From Amoebidium appalachense (Eukaryota > Protista > Ichthyosporea): a stretch of DNA of 64,000 bases. Each line of letters opens with the position of its first letter. The stretch's first letter is position 1. The notes beneath the pieces were generated by a model, which had not been told where the DNA came from, ran no database searches, and saw only the letters and a list, made by a program, of their open reading frames with translations. Where the stretch lies: NCBI GenBank assembly GCA_963693365.1, contig CAVNZM010000007.1:7127962-7191961 (forward strand), written 5' to 3'. The translations under genes and the position numbers were made by a program. This document shows positions 36,036 to 56,728 of the stretch, piece after piece.

Positions 36036-36150
36036 ATTCTCCCCCCCCCCCCCCCCCCCCCCCCCCTTCCCCTTCCCCTCTCTCCAATCCCCCCTCAGTG
36101 GCGGCAGGGCCTCGCCGAAAGGGCATATCTTTGTCACGGTGTGTCATGGC

Positions 36151-36187
<37 letters not shown>

Positions 36188-36244
36188 GGGGGGGGGGGGG
36201 GGGGGGGGGCATATCTTTGTCACGGTGTGTCATGGTTTGTGTGT

Positions 36245-36314
<70 letters not shown>

Positions 36315-36326
36315 GTGCTTGTGTGT

Positions 36327-36404
<78 letters not shown>

Positions 36405-36802
36405 GCGTGTGCGTGTGTGTGTGTGTGTCACAAAGTTTGTGTGCGTGCGTGACACTGTGAGTGTATGTGTGTATGTTTGTGTCAAAAAGTTTGTGCCAGA
36501 CTGTGTGTGTGTGTGTGTGTGTGTGTACAGTGCGGTGCGTGTTTCAAAACTTGTGGTGGCGTGAGTCCAACATGATGCATATGAGAGTGCCCGGTGGGGG
36601 GGGGGGGGGGGGGGGGGGGGGTCTTTAAATTTTGATGGGAGGATCCGAAAGGAGATAATAGTGTTTGGAAGGAGCCCACGAGAGGGAAGGGGGTGTGAGG
36701 GGGGAAAAGGGGATGGATGAACTTGAAAGGAACGAGGGAGGGACGACCCACCACTTCCCCTGACTCGGGGGTTTAGCCGGGGAGGAGGGAGGGGGGTGCG
36801 GA

Positions 36803-36837
<35 letters not shown>

Positions 36838-36933
36838 ACCGCGGCCCGCCAGTGCAGGTGTGGCAATTTGGTGTGCACCGTGGTGGTGAGGGGGTTCTTT
36901 TTTTTTTTTCTTTCTTTCTTTTCTTTTTTTTTT

Positions 36934-36979
<46 letters not shown>

Positions 36980-37120
36980 CGCAAAGTGGGGGTTTTTCCA
37001 TCGGAAAAGCTATCACCAATTGCATGGTGCCCCCTGCTCCCCCCTTCCCCCCCTCTCCCCGACACACACACACACACACACACACATGCGCGCGCGCACA
37101 CACACACACACACACGCGCG

Positions 37121-37218
<98 letters not shown>

Positions 37219-37219
37219 T

Positions 37220-37289
<70 letters not shown>

Positions 37290-37739
37290 TCCGAGCTTCA
37301 ACCTGCCTTCCGCCTTTTTCTGGTATTCAACATTCATTCAACAACACACGGAACAGTTACTGTGTAGTAATGGCGTAAAGGTGTTTGATGTCTAGTAGGG
37401 ATTACAAACCTTTATATTATAGTTGGGGCCCGGTTGTCCTGCAACCCAAGCCTAACGAACCTGCTTGTTTTGCATCTTGGTCATCCACTGTACTTGAATT
37501 TTCTGTGTGCGAGATTATACGAAATATTATCTACCAATAATACTATTATCATGCTAGCCAGAGATAGGTACCGTTTCGTCTCTTGCAGCATTGCAGATAT
37601 GCATATATTATGCTTCGCAGGTGCAATAAAAGCGATTATCTGAAGCACGTTACGCCCGGTGAGCATAGTATTAAGGATAAACTTTTTTCTCTAATTTAGA
37701 AGGCCAGCAGCCGGGTTAGGGCTAAACAGGGTGGGGACT

Positions 37740-38054
37740 TCAGTTACAATGTTGCCTGTGGCGGTGGGCCATGGGCCGCCCGAGGGCCCCAAAGTGTGGG
37801 AACACAATGGGAATGACCATGTCTCGACCCAGCTTGCGCCCAGCATGGTCGGTGGCGGTGGTGAGAAGAAAAGAGTCGGCGATAAAAGTGTGTGTCTCTA
37901 CTGGGGGTTGCGGCGTGTTTGATTCAGCAGGTGTTGGGAGGGGAAGAGGCGCCGCACTGGCTGACGGTAGGGAGAGGAGGACGAATAGACAGCCCAATAC
38001 TAACAGCCGTCCGCCTACGAATTTCGTTGAAGAAAGCACAAAGTGTGGCAGCAT
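37740..38054 (-). CDS. Small putative secreted protein (104 aa)
   Basis: ATG at 38054; hydrophobic core LLVLGCLFVLLSL followed by an ASA-AP signal-peptidase-like site; non-repetitive sequence within repeat-rich surroundings; no family recognised. Confidence 0.5.
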   Translation of the reverse strand: MLPHFVLSSTKFVGGRLLVLGCLFVLLSLPSASAAPLPLPTPAESNTPQPPVETHTFIADSFLLTTATDHAGRKLGRDMVIPIVFPHFGALGRPMAHRHRQHCN

Positions 38055-38735
38055 TATCGTAAACTCAATACTTGAGCAACAAGAGGATTTCACAAGACAA
38101 ATGTCTAGGTATATTTTGACTTTTTGTCGTTTGTAGGATATGGGGCAGTGGGAGGCCATGGACCTCCGAGTCCAAAAGACTGCATGCATTCCCCGACGAG
38201 GATAAAAACAAGAATAATCGTTTTGATTGGATGGATGTTTTAACCAATCGAAGTCTGGGTCCCTCTGGGAAGTGTAAACGTCAATACTATGCAAACCTTG
38301 CAGTTTGATGTTGGCAACCTCCTGGCAGCACCTGTTCTATATTTAGCTGCCGTGTGCACTGTGCTACGAGTAAGACGGTTCTAATACAGTGATATGATAA
38401 CATTTTGACTTATACGCAAGCTTGTCGTATAATGATGCATGACCTCGGCTCTGCTCATGGATGATTAACGGTTTGTTTACACGTAGGAATGCAGTGCGGA
38501 ATGTTTAATCGTCCAAATCGTCATCGACAACCTAAACAGTTACTCGCTTGCCACGTGCACAATCACAATGTCATGTCCGACGGGTGGCCGTGCTGAGCCC
38601 GGGGCCTTACAGTGATCCTAATCTCCATTAGGCTTTGTCTCGGAGGCCTGGGCTCAACCTGCCCACCGAACAACAGTTGCACCAAAACACAACTGTGTCG
38701 ATATAAATATCAACCAGAGTACCAGAGTTTTTTTT

Positions 38736-38777
<42 letters not shown>

Positions 38778-38828
38778 AGGGGGGAGGGAGAGAGGGCCCC
38801 AGAGAAGGGGGAGGGGGGCGGGGGATGG

Positions 38829-39980
<1,152 letters not shown>

Positions 39981-40159
39981 CTAGTGACTGTGACTGTGAC
40001 TAGTGACTTTCTCCCGGTCCGCTTGCAGTAGTGAACATACTTCTCATAGCTCTAAGCAGATACACGTAGAAAAAGGGCATAACTAATACATCCGAGTGTG
40101 CATGCCTCCCCGGGCAGCGCCGTAGTATCCATAGTTGCACGCACCCCCATCTCTCCCAA

Positions 40160-40207
<48 letters not shown>

Positions 40208-41214
40208 GTCGGGACCCCTCCCGGGTCTACCTCCCACCTGACGCAAACTTTGAAGGGTTCATGTAGGCCCAGTGGGTCAGTGTGTGTGGCGGCGGTGGTA
40301 ATGGTGGCGGTGGTGGTGGTGGTGGTGTTTGTGGTTGTGGTTGTGGTGACGATGATGATGGTGGTGGTGTGTGTTTTTTGCTTGTGTGTGCGGGTGTGCG
40401 TGCCTGCCTGCCTGCGTGTGTGTGCCCTTGTGTGCGTGCGTGTGATAGTGTGTGTGCGTGCGGGTGTGTGCGAGTGTGTGTGTTGGGAGGCCGGGGGGGG
40501 ATGCACATGTTCGTGTCTGTGCGTGGGTGCGGGTGTGCGCGAGTGTTGTGTGTGTTGTTTAGGGGTTGGGGGGGGGGGGGGGGGGGAGGGGGGGGGGGAG
40601 GGCGGGAGGGGGTTGCGCGCGCACGTGCGGGCGTGTGCGACTCCGAACTTGTTTTTATTTTTTATTTTTTATTTTTTATTTTTTATTTTATTTATTTATT
40701 TATTTTATTTTTTTTTTTTTGGGGGGGGGGGGGAGGTGGGCAAAAATAAGATAACTGTATGCAGAAACATACTATTAGGCAGGAGGGGTTGCCAATGTCT
40801 TTAATCCATCGGGTTAGTTTGGCAAGTTGAAGTCGCAGAATGACGGATCATGTGACTAGCACAACAATATTTTATCGGGGGTTATTTTCCCTTGGAGCTG
40901 AGTCATATAAACTTGAACTTCCGAATCGAATACGAATGAAAAATGCTTCTTATATGAAAGGTTTATAGGCTCCAAAAAAGTTTGAATATATTTACATCGG
41001 GCTGTTATATTCAAGATTATTCATTAACCGTCGTATTAATGTCTCACAATCATTACGATATATACCACATATATTGAAAATCCAGCTCGAGATCTACTAG
41101 ACCGATGCCATTCTTACAATCAATACAACTCGGTACTTAGTACTGTTCAAAACGAAGTGATTAAACACTATTATTAGATCTGTCCCAATTATGCAACCTT
41201 ACAGTCAGCCAGTT

Positions 41215-41302
<88 letters not shown>

Positions 41303-41470
41303 TGTGTGTGTCTGTGTGTGTGTGTGTGTGTGTGCATGAGCGGTGTGCGCGAATGTGTCACATGATGTCACGTGTGTGTGTGTATGTGTGTGCCTGCGTG
41401 TGTGTGCCTATGTGTATGTGTATGTGTGTGCCTGTGTGTATGTGTATGTGTGTGTGGCTGTGTACGCGCG

Positions 41471-41544
<74 letters not shown>

Positions 41545-41558
41545 CGCGTGTGCGTGTG

Positions 41559-46051
<4,493 letters not shown>

Positions 46052-47313
46052 GTTTCCCCTACTAGTACTACGTAAACACGAGATCGTTCGATGCGAAGGA
46101 GGTGCTCTAACTCCCCTCAAGCTGCACCGTAACTTCGAGTTCACTATTCTGTAACAGTGGTTCTCCTCTAATAACTGATGGGTGTTCAACAGTATGGACC
46201 GGATAATTGACAGATACACGACCTACAGAATATGCCCTGCGAAGGCCAGTGTGTGGGACCACACTGTGGGTGTGTGTGTGTGTGTGTGACAGGCTGACTC
46301 CCCGTCTGGCGGAGTAGATCTGCGGCCGTTCCGCGCTATGATTGGCGGGTTACTTTATTATAGCATGAATGGAATTTGGTTTTTTCAGGGCTTTATATAG
46401 ATAATGGGATTTCCATAGATTGTTGGGACAATGGGAAAACGACGTTTTTTAAATACGAAATATCGAATAATTCATACCGACCCCTGCGGCGCTTGCTGAA
46501 TTGTCCATCGGATACGATATTTATTTCGGGCTAAGCGAACCCTTTCGATGCATAATCGGTAAAGTCAATTTTTATTCTGAGGTATGCATGCGTTTGGGGC
46601 AAGTCGCCACCACTGCCTGCCAGGCAGTGGCAGCGCCGCTGACCACAGACTTCAGAAACGGTTAGACGTCAGCTACAGTGTCCCCTCATCGACGAATTGA
46701 CGCGGTGAGTGCCACGTGTGTGCCTGCCACAATGACGCTGTAGGTGTTTGTATGTGCGTGCGTGCGTAGTCGTACATGTGTGTACTTGTGCATAACATGC
46801 ATGCACGCATGTGTGTGGGCGTGTGTGTGTGTGCGTGTGTCTGGCGTCCGGTGTGTAGCACTGGTGTGCCATGTGTGCGTGTCCGTGTCAGTGTGTGTGT
46901 GACGCTGTGCGTGTGTGTACGTGTGCGGATTTGTTGTTTTATATGTGCGCGTGTGTGTGTGTGCGTGTGTGTGTGCGTGCGTGCGTGCGTGTACACCATA
47001 TGTGCGTGTGTGCGTGCGTGCGACATGCGTGTGTGTGTGTGCGTGCGTGTGTGTGTCTGCGCCTGTGTGTGTGTGTATGTGTGTGTATGTTTACATGCAC
47101 ATGTGTGTGTGCGCGTGTGTGTGACAGTCAATGTGGGTGTATGCCACTTGTGACTGCCACTGTTCGAAGACTTTTGTGGTATCACGCTGCCTGCAGGCTG
47201 GCTGCGTGTTTGTGTGTCTCTGGATCCGGAGATTTGAAGTTCCGAGTTATTATGATAATGCAATTCTTGGACATCGATGCTGTGCCGGCGTGTGACTTGC
47301 GTGTGTCACACCC

Positions 47314-47376
<63 letters not shown>

Positions 47377-47453
47377 CGCGCGCGCGTGTGTGCACTTGTG
47401 CTTGTGCGTATATACGCGCGTGCGCGCGCGTGTGTGTGTGTGTGTGTGTCACA

Positions 47454-47494
<41 letters not shown>

Positions 47495-47903
47495 AGCGCG
47501 CGCGTGTGTGTGCCACGGCCCCGGGATGTGTGTTATTTAGTCTACCGTAGCCTACACAGTGCATGTGTGCTATTATTAGTTTGTGTGTGTGTGGCCGGTG
47601 GGCGCACGCGGGGGGGGGGGGGGGGGGGGGGGGGGAGGGGGGGGGGGGGGGGGGGGGGCTGCCACGGACCGTTTGCGTGTTTGTGCACACACAGAGTGGC
47701 AAGTGCAGGATTTGTAGAATAAGCTTTCAAGGCTTTGAAAAAATCATTGTAGCAGCCTTTTAGTAAGATGATTATGGCGGCATTGCATGCAGCAATTACC
47801 GGACAGGGCCTGGCCGCATCCGCCGACCACTCGCCGACTTGATCAGTGTGTGTGGGTGTGTGGGTGTGGATTTGGATGTGTGTCAGTGTGTGTGCGTGTG
47901 TGC

Positions 47904-47943
<40 letters not shown>

Positions 47944-48133
47944 CAGTGCGTGCGTGCGTGCGTGCGTGTGTGCGTGCGTGCGTGCGTTCGTGTGTGCGTG
48001 CGTGTGCTGGTGTGGCGTCACGCCGTGCGCGTACACGTGTGCCTGTGCCCGCGCCTGTACCTGTGTCTGTGTATGTGTATATATTCAATATTGTGTGTAT
48101 CTTTGTGAGTGTGTGTGTGTGTGTGTGTTTGTT

Positions 48134-48167
<34 letters not shown>

Positions 48168-49006
48168 ACGGTGTGTGTTTGTGGGTGTGTGTGTGCATGT
48201 GTCACGATGTGTGTGTGTGTGTGTGTGTGATGCTACATATGTGTAGTGTGTGTGTGTGTCAAGGTGTGCGTCCCATTTAAATTTGCAACCAAGTGTGGCC
48301 TGATTATTCGCTTTTGTTGTTTGGTTGGTTGTTGATGTTTGATGTTTTTTTTGCTCTTCTTCTCCTAATTTCTTTCTTCTTTCTTTTTTCTTTTTTTTTC
48401 CCTTGGGGGGGGGGGGGGGAGAGGGGGATCCGGATATTGTGTGTGCATGCAAGTACTATCTTAGTGTTTCTTCAACTATTTTCAATGGTCACTGTCGTCA
48501 TTTCGGCACTTCTCTATCATTTCTATATATGGTAGTTGCACATTTTCTAAAAGAGGGATCGCCCATACAGGCAAAACAGATCACACGTAGTCTGTCCCCA
48601 ATCTCTCATGATGACGTAAACCTGATGTTAGATCAGATGCACGGGCCGTGAAAATAATGTATTATAGCTGCTCCTATGCAACGGTATGTAAACACTGAAT
48701 GGTAAGTGGTGTATGATTACAAGACACATAGAATCCTCTGCGCGCCCCCTTCCCTTTCGAAATTCAACGGTTTGCTCTCCAGTAGGTGACTTTGAAATGA
48801 TAAACTTCCGCGCTCAGGATTCCGTCGACAAAAACTCTATGAATTATAAATTTGATCACCCACACCCACTTTTGGGGCTTCAAGGGTCATGAGCATTGAG
48901 CATAACACACAGCAGCACAATTTGAAACACAGGCCCGCTGCCGTGACCCCCCCCCCCCCCCCCCCCCCCCTGAGCCCACCACCGCCGCCGCCACACAGAA
49001 ACACAC

Positions 49007-49126
<120 letters not shown>

Positions 49127-49658
49127 GCGCGCGCGCACACACACAAAAAAAAAAAAAAAAAAAATAAGAAAAGAAGGAAAAGATAAGAAAAGAAAAGAAA
49201 AAAAAAAACATCTCACCACAACCACCTCTCCCGCACTCCTTATACTACTTCCACCTCTCCGGCCCCGGGGCTGTTTCACCCGCTGTGCGCAGATGATTTT
49301 GGGGACGGGCAAAGTCTCCCGTCCTTCTTATCAAGTTGCCATATAAATGCGTCTCCATCCCCGCAGAGTGAGATGTTTGAAAATGTACTATATAAAATCA
49401 GTTTTCTTCGACCTGCATGCATGGCATTGCACGGACCGTCGGGACAATGTCATATTATTGTACTGTTACACTGTCAACACATTTCTACCCTATAGTGGGT
49501 GGTGTACATGTGTACACGTAATAACCTAGTGGACGAATGCATCCGAAAGCACCAATAAGATAAAATCTCGATCATCACAACTGAAAGTTGCGGGTGAAAA
49601 TTTGAGGTTCCACATGTAGATATCGCGTATACAGGGATGGGGAGGGGGAGGGGGGGCG

Positions 49659-49770
<112 letters not shown>

Positions 49771-49775
49771 AGTGT

Positions 49776-49808
<33 letters not shown>

Positions 49809-49899
49809 GGGGGGGGGGGGGGGTTGGCAGGCATGCAGGCCCGGTGATCAACTTGATCAATCGATTATCCCTGAGTATTTTCTTTTCAGGCGATTCATC

Positions 49900-49944
<45 letters not shown>

Positions 49945-50879
49945 AAAGTGTGTGTGTAGGTGTGTGTGTGTGTGTATGTGTGTGTGGGCGGGCGGGCGGC
50001 CAGGCGGGCAGGGGGGGGGGGGGGGGGGGGGGCTAATTAACTATAGCCACATCACCCGTCTGCTCTAAAAACTTGCTTGGGGGCCCCTGCACGCACACAC
50101 GCAGATGCACTCATGCACGTGTACACAGTGTAGACACACACTTGCAAATACTGCACCAAACTCCAAGGCTTGCAATTTTTTTCTTCAGAATCTCTTTTCT
50201 TTTCTTTTCTTTTTGGCATTTGACGCCAGGCATGGCGCCATTTCATGCACACAGTTACCATGCATATATGTGTGCACCGGCACCAGCCGTCAAATTTCAA
50301 AAACCTGTTTATTTTGTCTATTTCACGGTTTTTTCCGGCTCCAGTCCGACCGCAGTGGTAGCAATCCTTTTATGCCATCAGAAACAAAACCTTCATATAG
50401 AGAAACGAGAAAAATGGCACTTAGCCCGGCAACACACTCTTGTAGCACACTTCCTAAACTCTGAAAACCCCTGATAGCCTACACAATTCTCAGTAATATT
50501 TATCACGTGGTAGAAACATTGCGTGCGACACTGCTGATCCATAACACCAATGTTGTTGGCAGGAAAACATAAGAGCATAAATTACCAACAACAAAAATAA
50601 AAAATTGAACGTGTCTTTTCCCCAGGAGAAAAGGAGAAAAGCAAAGCACTTGATTTAGCAAGAATCTAAACACTCTACATACATCGTGCACGCCGCTGTA
50701 TTCAAAATACTGTTTAGTATTTACCACCGTGTGCCCACACGTGCGCATATACCAGGTTCACCTTGCACGCGCACACACCGTCTCTAATAATAGGCAAAGA
50801 CATCCCCCCCCCCCTCCAATAAATAAATAAAATAATAAATAAATAAAATAAACAAATAATGACGTAGACACCGTGTCGC

Positions 50880-52411
50880 TCACACGAGCAGAACCGCGTT
50901 GATGCACCCATCATTCTCAGGGTTGTTTGTGACCTGCGCGTACTTGCCCCACACCACCTTGCCCGTGGTGGTCACCAGACCCAACTCACTCACATTCACC
51001 TGGCAGGCAAGGAAAAGATGTAAGTGTCGATAGGGTGCATGGGTAGGAGCAGGTTGGTTGGACAGGACGGGTGAGGGTGAATGTGTGTGTACGTGTGTGT
51101 GTGTGTGCACGCCTTGCGCGCCGAGCGTACTGGTAATGTGCAAGTATGCGCAGCCCGGCCAGGAGGGTTGGGTTGGGTGGGGTGGGGTGTGTGTGTGTGT
51201 GTTTGTGTGCGCGTGCACGTGCGCGTTGTGGGGGTGGGGTGGGGTGGGGGGTGAGGGGGAGGGGGAGGATGTACGCAACATGGAAGCACAGACTAAGGGC
51301 GTGTTTGACAGCCGAAAATAATCGTATTCGTATTAATGTGCGAAACGACATTAACCGTATTCATAAAATTATTTTGAGGTATGCGTATTTAGGGGCAATA
51401 ATACGATTATGGCGAGCCAAACACGCCTAAACATGCATTTACGTTTCATCAATGGAATGCCAAAAGTGTTTTGTTCAGATGTTTGATTGGGCAGATGGAT
51501 GTGAACCGATAATTATACATTTGGTACTTCGAAGTGCAGTTAAAAGCCACATTTTGAGCGTAGTTTGCAACCTTTTATATCTATTTTATTCATAAAGGTA
51601 CTTTGTTATACCTCCTATTGTTTTTAATTTATTCCTATCCTAAAAACAGTCTTTTTTTTGGGGAAAGAACAGGTACTGATCGGGTTTCCACCAACTCAAA
51701 GCCAAAATAACCATAAATGGTTCGTGGCGGTTCCAAAACTGGATTGGATCAGATCGATCCAATAGAAGCTTACTTCATCCGGGGACCATCATTCACTGAT
51801 TCCGCTTGACTCCGTTGGATTAGTGGGCTAAAATAATTGTCTCGGGTCCGTTTATAGTAGTTTGCATAACCAACTGACCCACGCTAGAAACAACAGTCAT
51901 ATTGCGTAAATAGTTATTCTCACTTTCAAATTTTGGAGCTCTAAACAACCCCGCCTTCCTCTTTTATTTACCTCAACCTACCAGTCCACAAGAACTCTGC
52001 CCTGTTAGCTACAGAGAATTCACCCCATCCCAAAAAGTTGTATCGTCTTTTCGAAAATCACCTCCGATATAAAAGCGATCCCATTGTCTTTTCGCGAGAT
52101 ACAAATCTATGGCGTGTTTGGCATGACACAAATTCGTATTCGTGGTATTGCGCGAAAAGACGAATACGATGAAAAGACGATATAACGGCGCTGCCAAACA
52201 CGCCCTAAACAAAAACAAACCACAACAACAACAAAAAAACATCCAAGAGCATAAACCTCTTGTAAGAGGTCCCCAACCTATACTTTGTTTTATGGTTACA
52301 GGTACGCTGTAGTGCACGGCCGCGGGGGGAGGGGGGAGGGGGGGGGGGGGGGGGGGGGGAAGAGGGAAAGAGGGGAAGAGGGGAAGGAGAAAGGAGGAGG
52401 AGGAGGAGGAA

Positions 52412-52456
<45 letters not shown>

Positions 52457-52569
52457 TAAAAATGTGTTGCGGAGAACAAAGTGAACATTCATGACAGGCA
52501 ACACAATGCAGATTGCAAAGTACACACAAGAGTATGCGTTAGAAGGAGGGGGAGGAGAAAGGGAGGGAG

Positions 52570-52608
<39 letters not shown>

Positions 52609-53450
52609 TGCGTTATAGAGTACAAAGCACACACGCATGACGAGAACGCATAGCAGAGTGGTGGAAGCAATGGTGGTGGTGGTGGCTGTGGTGTGGTACG
52701 TCTGTGTGTGTGTGTGCGTGCGTGTGTGCGTGTTTTTTTTGGGCGGGGGAGGGGGGGGGGGGGAGGGGGAGAACTGTGTATATCAAACCCACCTCAATAA
52801 TTGTACCCTTGGTAATCACGCCCAGCTGCGTGTAGAGTGGCGAATTGGGATTCTTTTTGACACCCAAAATAGGCAACTGGAATGTGGCCTTAAGTTCTGG
52901 GTGTGTCACGTGCGCCTTGGTGTAGCGCAATCCCATCGGGCGAATGAATCGCTCGTACTTGGGCGGTTTGCGCGTGAAACCGTCCCCGACAAATGTGGCT
53001 TTTGTGATCATACGCTTCCATGATTTTTCTGGTGGAGGAATTGGGAATGAGAGGGTGAGAAAAATGGAAGGAAGAAAAGAATGAAAGACATAGACGTGAA
53101 ATCAGACAGGGAAAGGCGAAGACTGAGCCATACCCGGCTGCCAGGTTTTAGATAAAGTGCATTATTTGGGTGGACGAGGTGGTGGTGGTGGTGCTTGTTA
53201 TGGCTGTAATGTGCTTGGTTGTGATTCTGGTGTGGTAGTTTTAGGTTTTTTTTTTTTTCTTTTTTTTTTCTTTCTTTCTTTTTTTTTTTTTTTTTTTTTT
53301 GGGGGGGGGGGGGGGGGGGGAAGAGGCGGGAGAGGGAGGCGGTGGGAGGAAGTAAAGGTGTCGAATCTCCCCATGGGCACATGACTGTTCCAGGGAGACC
53401 CATGAATAGAACGAAGGGGGAGGAGGGTTACCCTGCGTTAAGAGTTCGGG

Positions 53451-53484
<34 letters not shown>

Positions 53485-53832
53485 GAGGGGGGGATGTGCA
53501 ACAACACACCACGGAAGAATGGTGTAGGAAACCATGCTTTGCATACAAAAAATCAGCAACAAATAAAGGAAACATGAGGAAGTGAGAGGCGGGGAGGAGC
53601 AGGGTGCGGCCGCAGCCGCAGCCGGGGATGGGGGGGGGGGGGGGGGGGGAGGGGGGGGGGGGGGAAGGGGAGGTCGAGCTGAGATGTGCAGGAGGAAGGT
53701 TGGTAAGTTGTACATGGTGGGCTGCTTTTGTCAGTGCAGTAAAGTAACATATTGGGGTGTTTGTGCATGCGATTGCTGCTGCGCGTGTGCGCAGATGTGT
53801 ATATGTGTGATTGTGTTTGTTTTGTGGCTCAA

Positions 53833-53890
<58 letters not shown>

Positions 53891-54419
53891 GTCTAAAAAA
53901 ATTGGGTGTTTGTTTGGGCGGTGTGTGCACGTGTGTGCATGTGCATATGTATGTATGTGTATGTGCGTGTGTGTGTGTGCGTGCGCGCATGTGTGTGTTT
54001 GTGTGTGTGTTTATGTGTGTGTTGACAGGTGTGTGTATGTTTTCAAAGAGTGAAATGTGCTTATGCGCCGGAAAATGCATCTGCATACGCATGTGTTGTG
54101 TGTGCGTGTGTGTGCATGTGTGTTCCGTGTGTGCACGCGAGACACGCGCATCTGTAACGGTAGTATATGTGTGCATTTGCGCGTTTGTGTGCATGCATGT
54201 CCGCCCGTTCAAGCACGTATATGCACTGTATGACTGTGTTCCCCTTAACCCCCTCTGTCCTATAATGGCATCTGTCATTTGTGGTGCTACAGTGTACGGA
54301 TACCAGAGGTCACGGTTGCTTTCCTGTTGCATGTCTGTTTTTGTGTCTGTCATCGTTTGTCTGTGTCTGCGTCTCTGTGCATGCGTGTTTGTTTGAGAAG
54401 GGAAACGGGTGAAAAGGCA

Positions 54420-54461
<42 letters not shown>

Positions 54462-55662
54462 CAGCACCCACTTTGCCTCTTGCCGGATGCCAGTTGCTTG
54501 AACACTTCACTCTCGGCTGCGGCACGAACCTATCCGGACACACGGTCAGGTGTGAGGGATTGTATAACACTCTCGCAAAGTATCCCCCCGCCCCCTCCCC
54601 CCCCCCCCCCCCCACACACACACTCCCCCCTGAAGTGTACACAGACGAGAATTTACCCTCAACATCCATACACATACACACACCCACCAACCCACCCAGC
54701 CACCCAGACATGCACATGCAAGTGGACACCCGCACACACACGTATACACACACATCTAACAACTCATGCATGTACTTACACACACACACACACACACACC
54801 TTTGGAATAGGCACGTTCCACTTTCCGGCCTTCTCCTTGCGCTTCTGCTTGATCATGTTGCTCAGCACCTTTGCCCTGCTCTGCCCCTCTCTGTCCATCA
54901 GATACGCAGGCACGGCACCCTCGGGCACAGCCTCGTCGTCCTTGTGCTTGTTGCTGCGCTCCTCGTGCATCTTGATCCTGTGTGTGTGCGTGTACGTGTG
55001 TGTGGGTGGGTGTGTACGTGTGTGTGTGCGTGTATGTGTAGGTATGTGCGCATGGTGGGGGGGGAGTAAGTGAGTTTCAGTGGAAGTGTGTGTGTGTATG
55101 TGAATGCGTATATGTGAGTGTGTGTGTGCTTGTATGTATGTTTATTTGTGCGTGTGAAGATGCGTACGTGTAAGTTGTACGTGTGTGTGTGGGGGGGGGG
55201 GGCGTGAGTGAGTGAGTGAGCGAGTAAGCGAGCGAGTGAGTGCATGTGTGTGTTGAGGGGAGAAGGTAGCTGAATGGGTGTGGGTGAGTGTGTATGTATG
55301 TGTACGTGTGTACGTGTACGTGTGTGTGTGTGAATGTGTGTGTGCGTGTGTGTGTGTTTCGGGGGGTGGATGGGGGGGGTTGGGAAGAAAGCAGGTCCAT
55401 GCCTAAACGTGTTGGTGTGGGTGTGTGCGTCTGGGTGTGTCTGTGTGTGTGTGTGTTGTGTACGCGCATGTGCATGTAAATGTAAGCATGTGCTCAAGTG
55501 TGTGACTCGTGTGAAGTGCCGTGTGTGGCTTGTGTATGCAGGGTGGTGTTGGTGGTGGGGGCGGGGGCGGGAGCAACATGACTTTGTAGTAAGGCCTATG
55601 CCCATGTGCTTAAGTGCATGTGCAGTGTTTGGGGTTGGTATGCTCCATCTTGGTATGTGTCC

Positions 55663-55693
<31 letters not shown>

Positions 55694-55805
55694 ACGCACG
55701 CACGCCGTGCGTATGTGTGTGTGGTGTGCTGCCATGCGCAAATGTATGGGTGTGGGATGCATAGACGTATGTTTTGACGATCCCGCTGGGTCTCCAGGGC
55801 GCCCC

Positions 55806-55838
<33 letters not shown>

Positions 55839-56252
55839 AGCGTTCGTGTCTGTGATTGTTAAGGTAGTGGAAAGAGGGAAACGGGGAGAAATTTAACTGG
55901 GCACACAGAACATAAGGTACACAGACACAAAAGTGCCAAAAAAAACAGAGCAATTAAAAGCATGCAAACACAAACACACACACACATACAACACGGGGGG
56001 CAGAAGGGGAGGGGAGAGGTGGTGTGTGTGTGTGTGTGTGTGTGTGGGGGGGGGGGAGGTAGAGGGATGCACGTACGTCTTCTTCATCTGTATCTTCTCA
56101 GCATGGCGCTTCTTGTTGTATATCTTGGCCTTCAGACCGTGCAGCTTCTGCGCTTTCTCGGCCTGCTCGTGCACCTTACGTGCCTCCTTCTTGCGCCTAT
56201 TTTTGGCAAGGCCGTAAGTTGCTTGTGCTATAAATAGAAAATTATATAATGC

Positions 56253-56283
<31 letters not shown>

Positions 56284-56697
56284 ACACCACACTACCCCAA
56301 CCTCCCCAGTCCCCCCCCCCCCCCACCCCCTCATCCCACTTCCTTCCCTGCACAAACAATGACGTAGGATGTGCATGCGGAAAATGGTTTGTGCACGGAG
56401 GAAGGTAAGGGAAGGCGGGGGAGCAAAGGCTATTCTTTATCGAGTGTGCAGTGTGCACATGCGCAAGTATTGTGCGTGCGTGCATTTGTGTACTCGTGTG
56501 TGTGTGTGCGCGCGAGAGTGTGTATGGGCGCAAGCACGTCCCGAAGGGTGCGTGCGTGCATGTGTGCGGGTGTGCAAGTGTATTCGTGTATCTATTGCTG
56601 AAAGTTCTGGTAGTGGTAGTGTTGGTGGTGGTGGTGGCCCCGGGGGGGGGGGGGGGGGGGGGGGGTTCAGACACACTTCTACTACATATGCCCCCCC

Positions 56698-56728
<31 letters not shown>

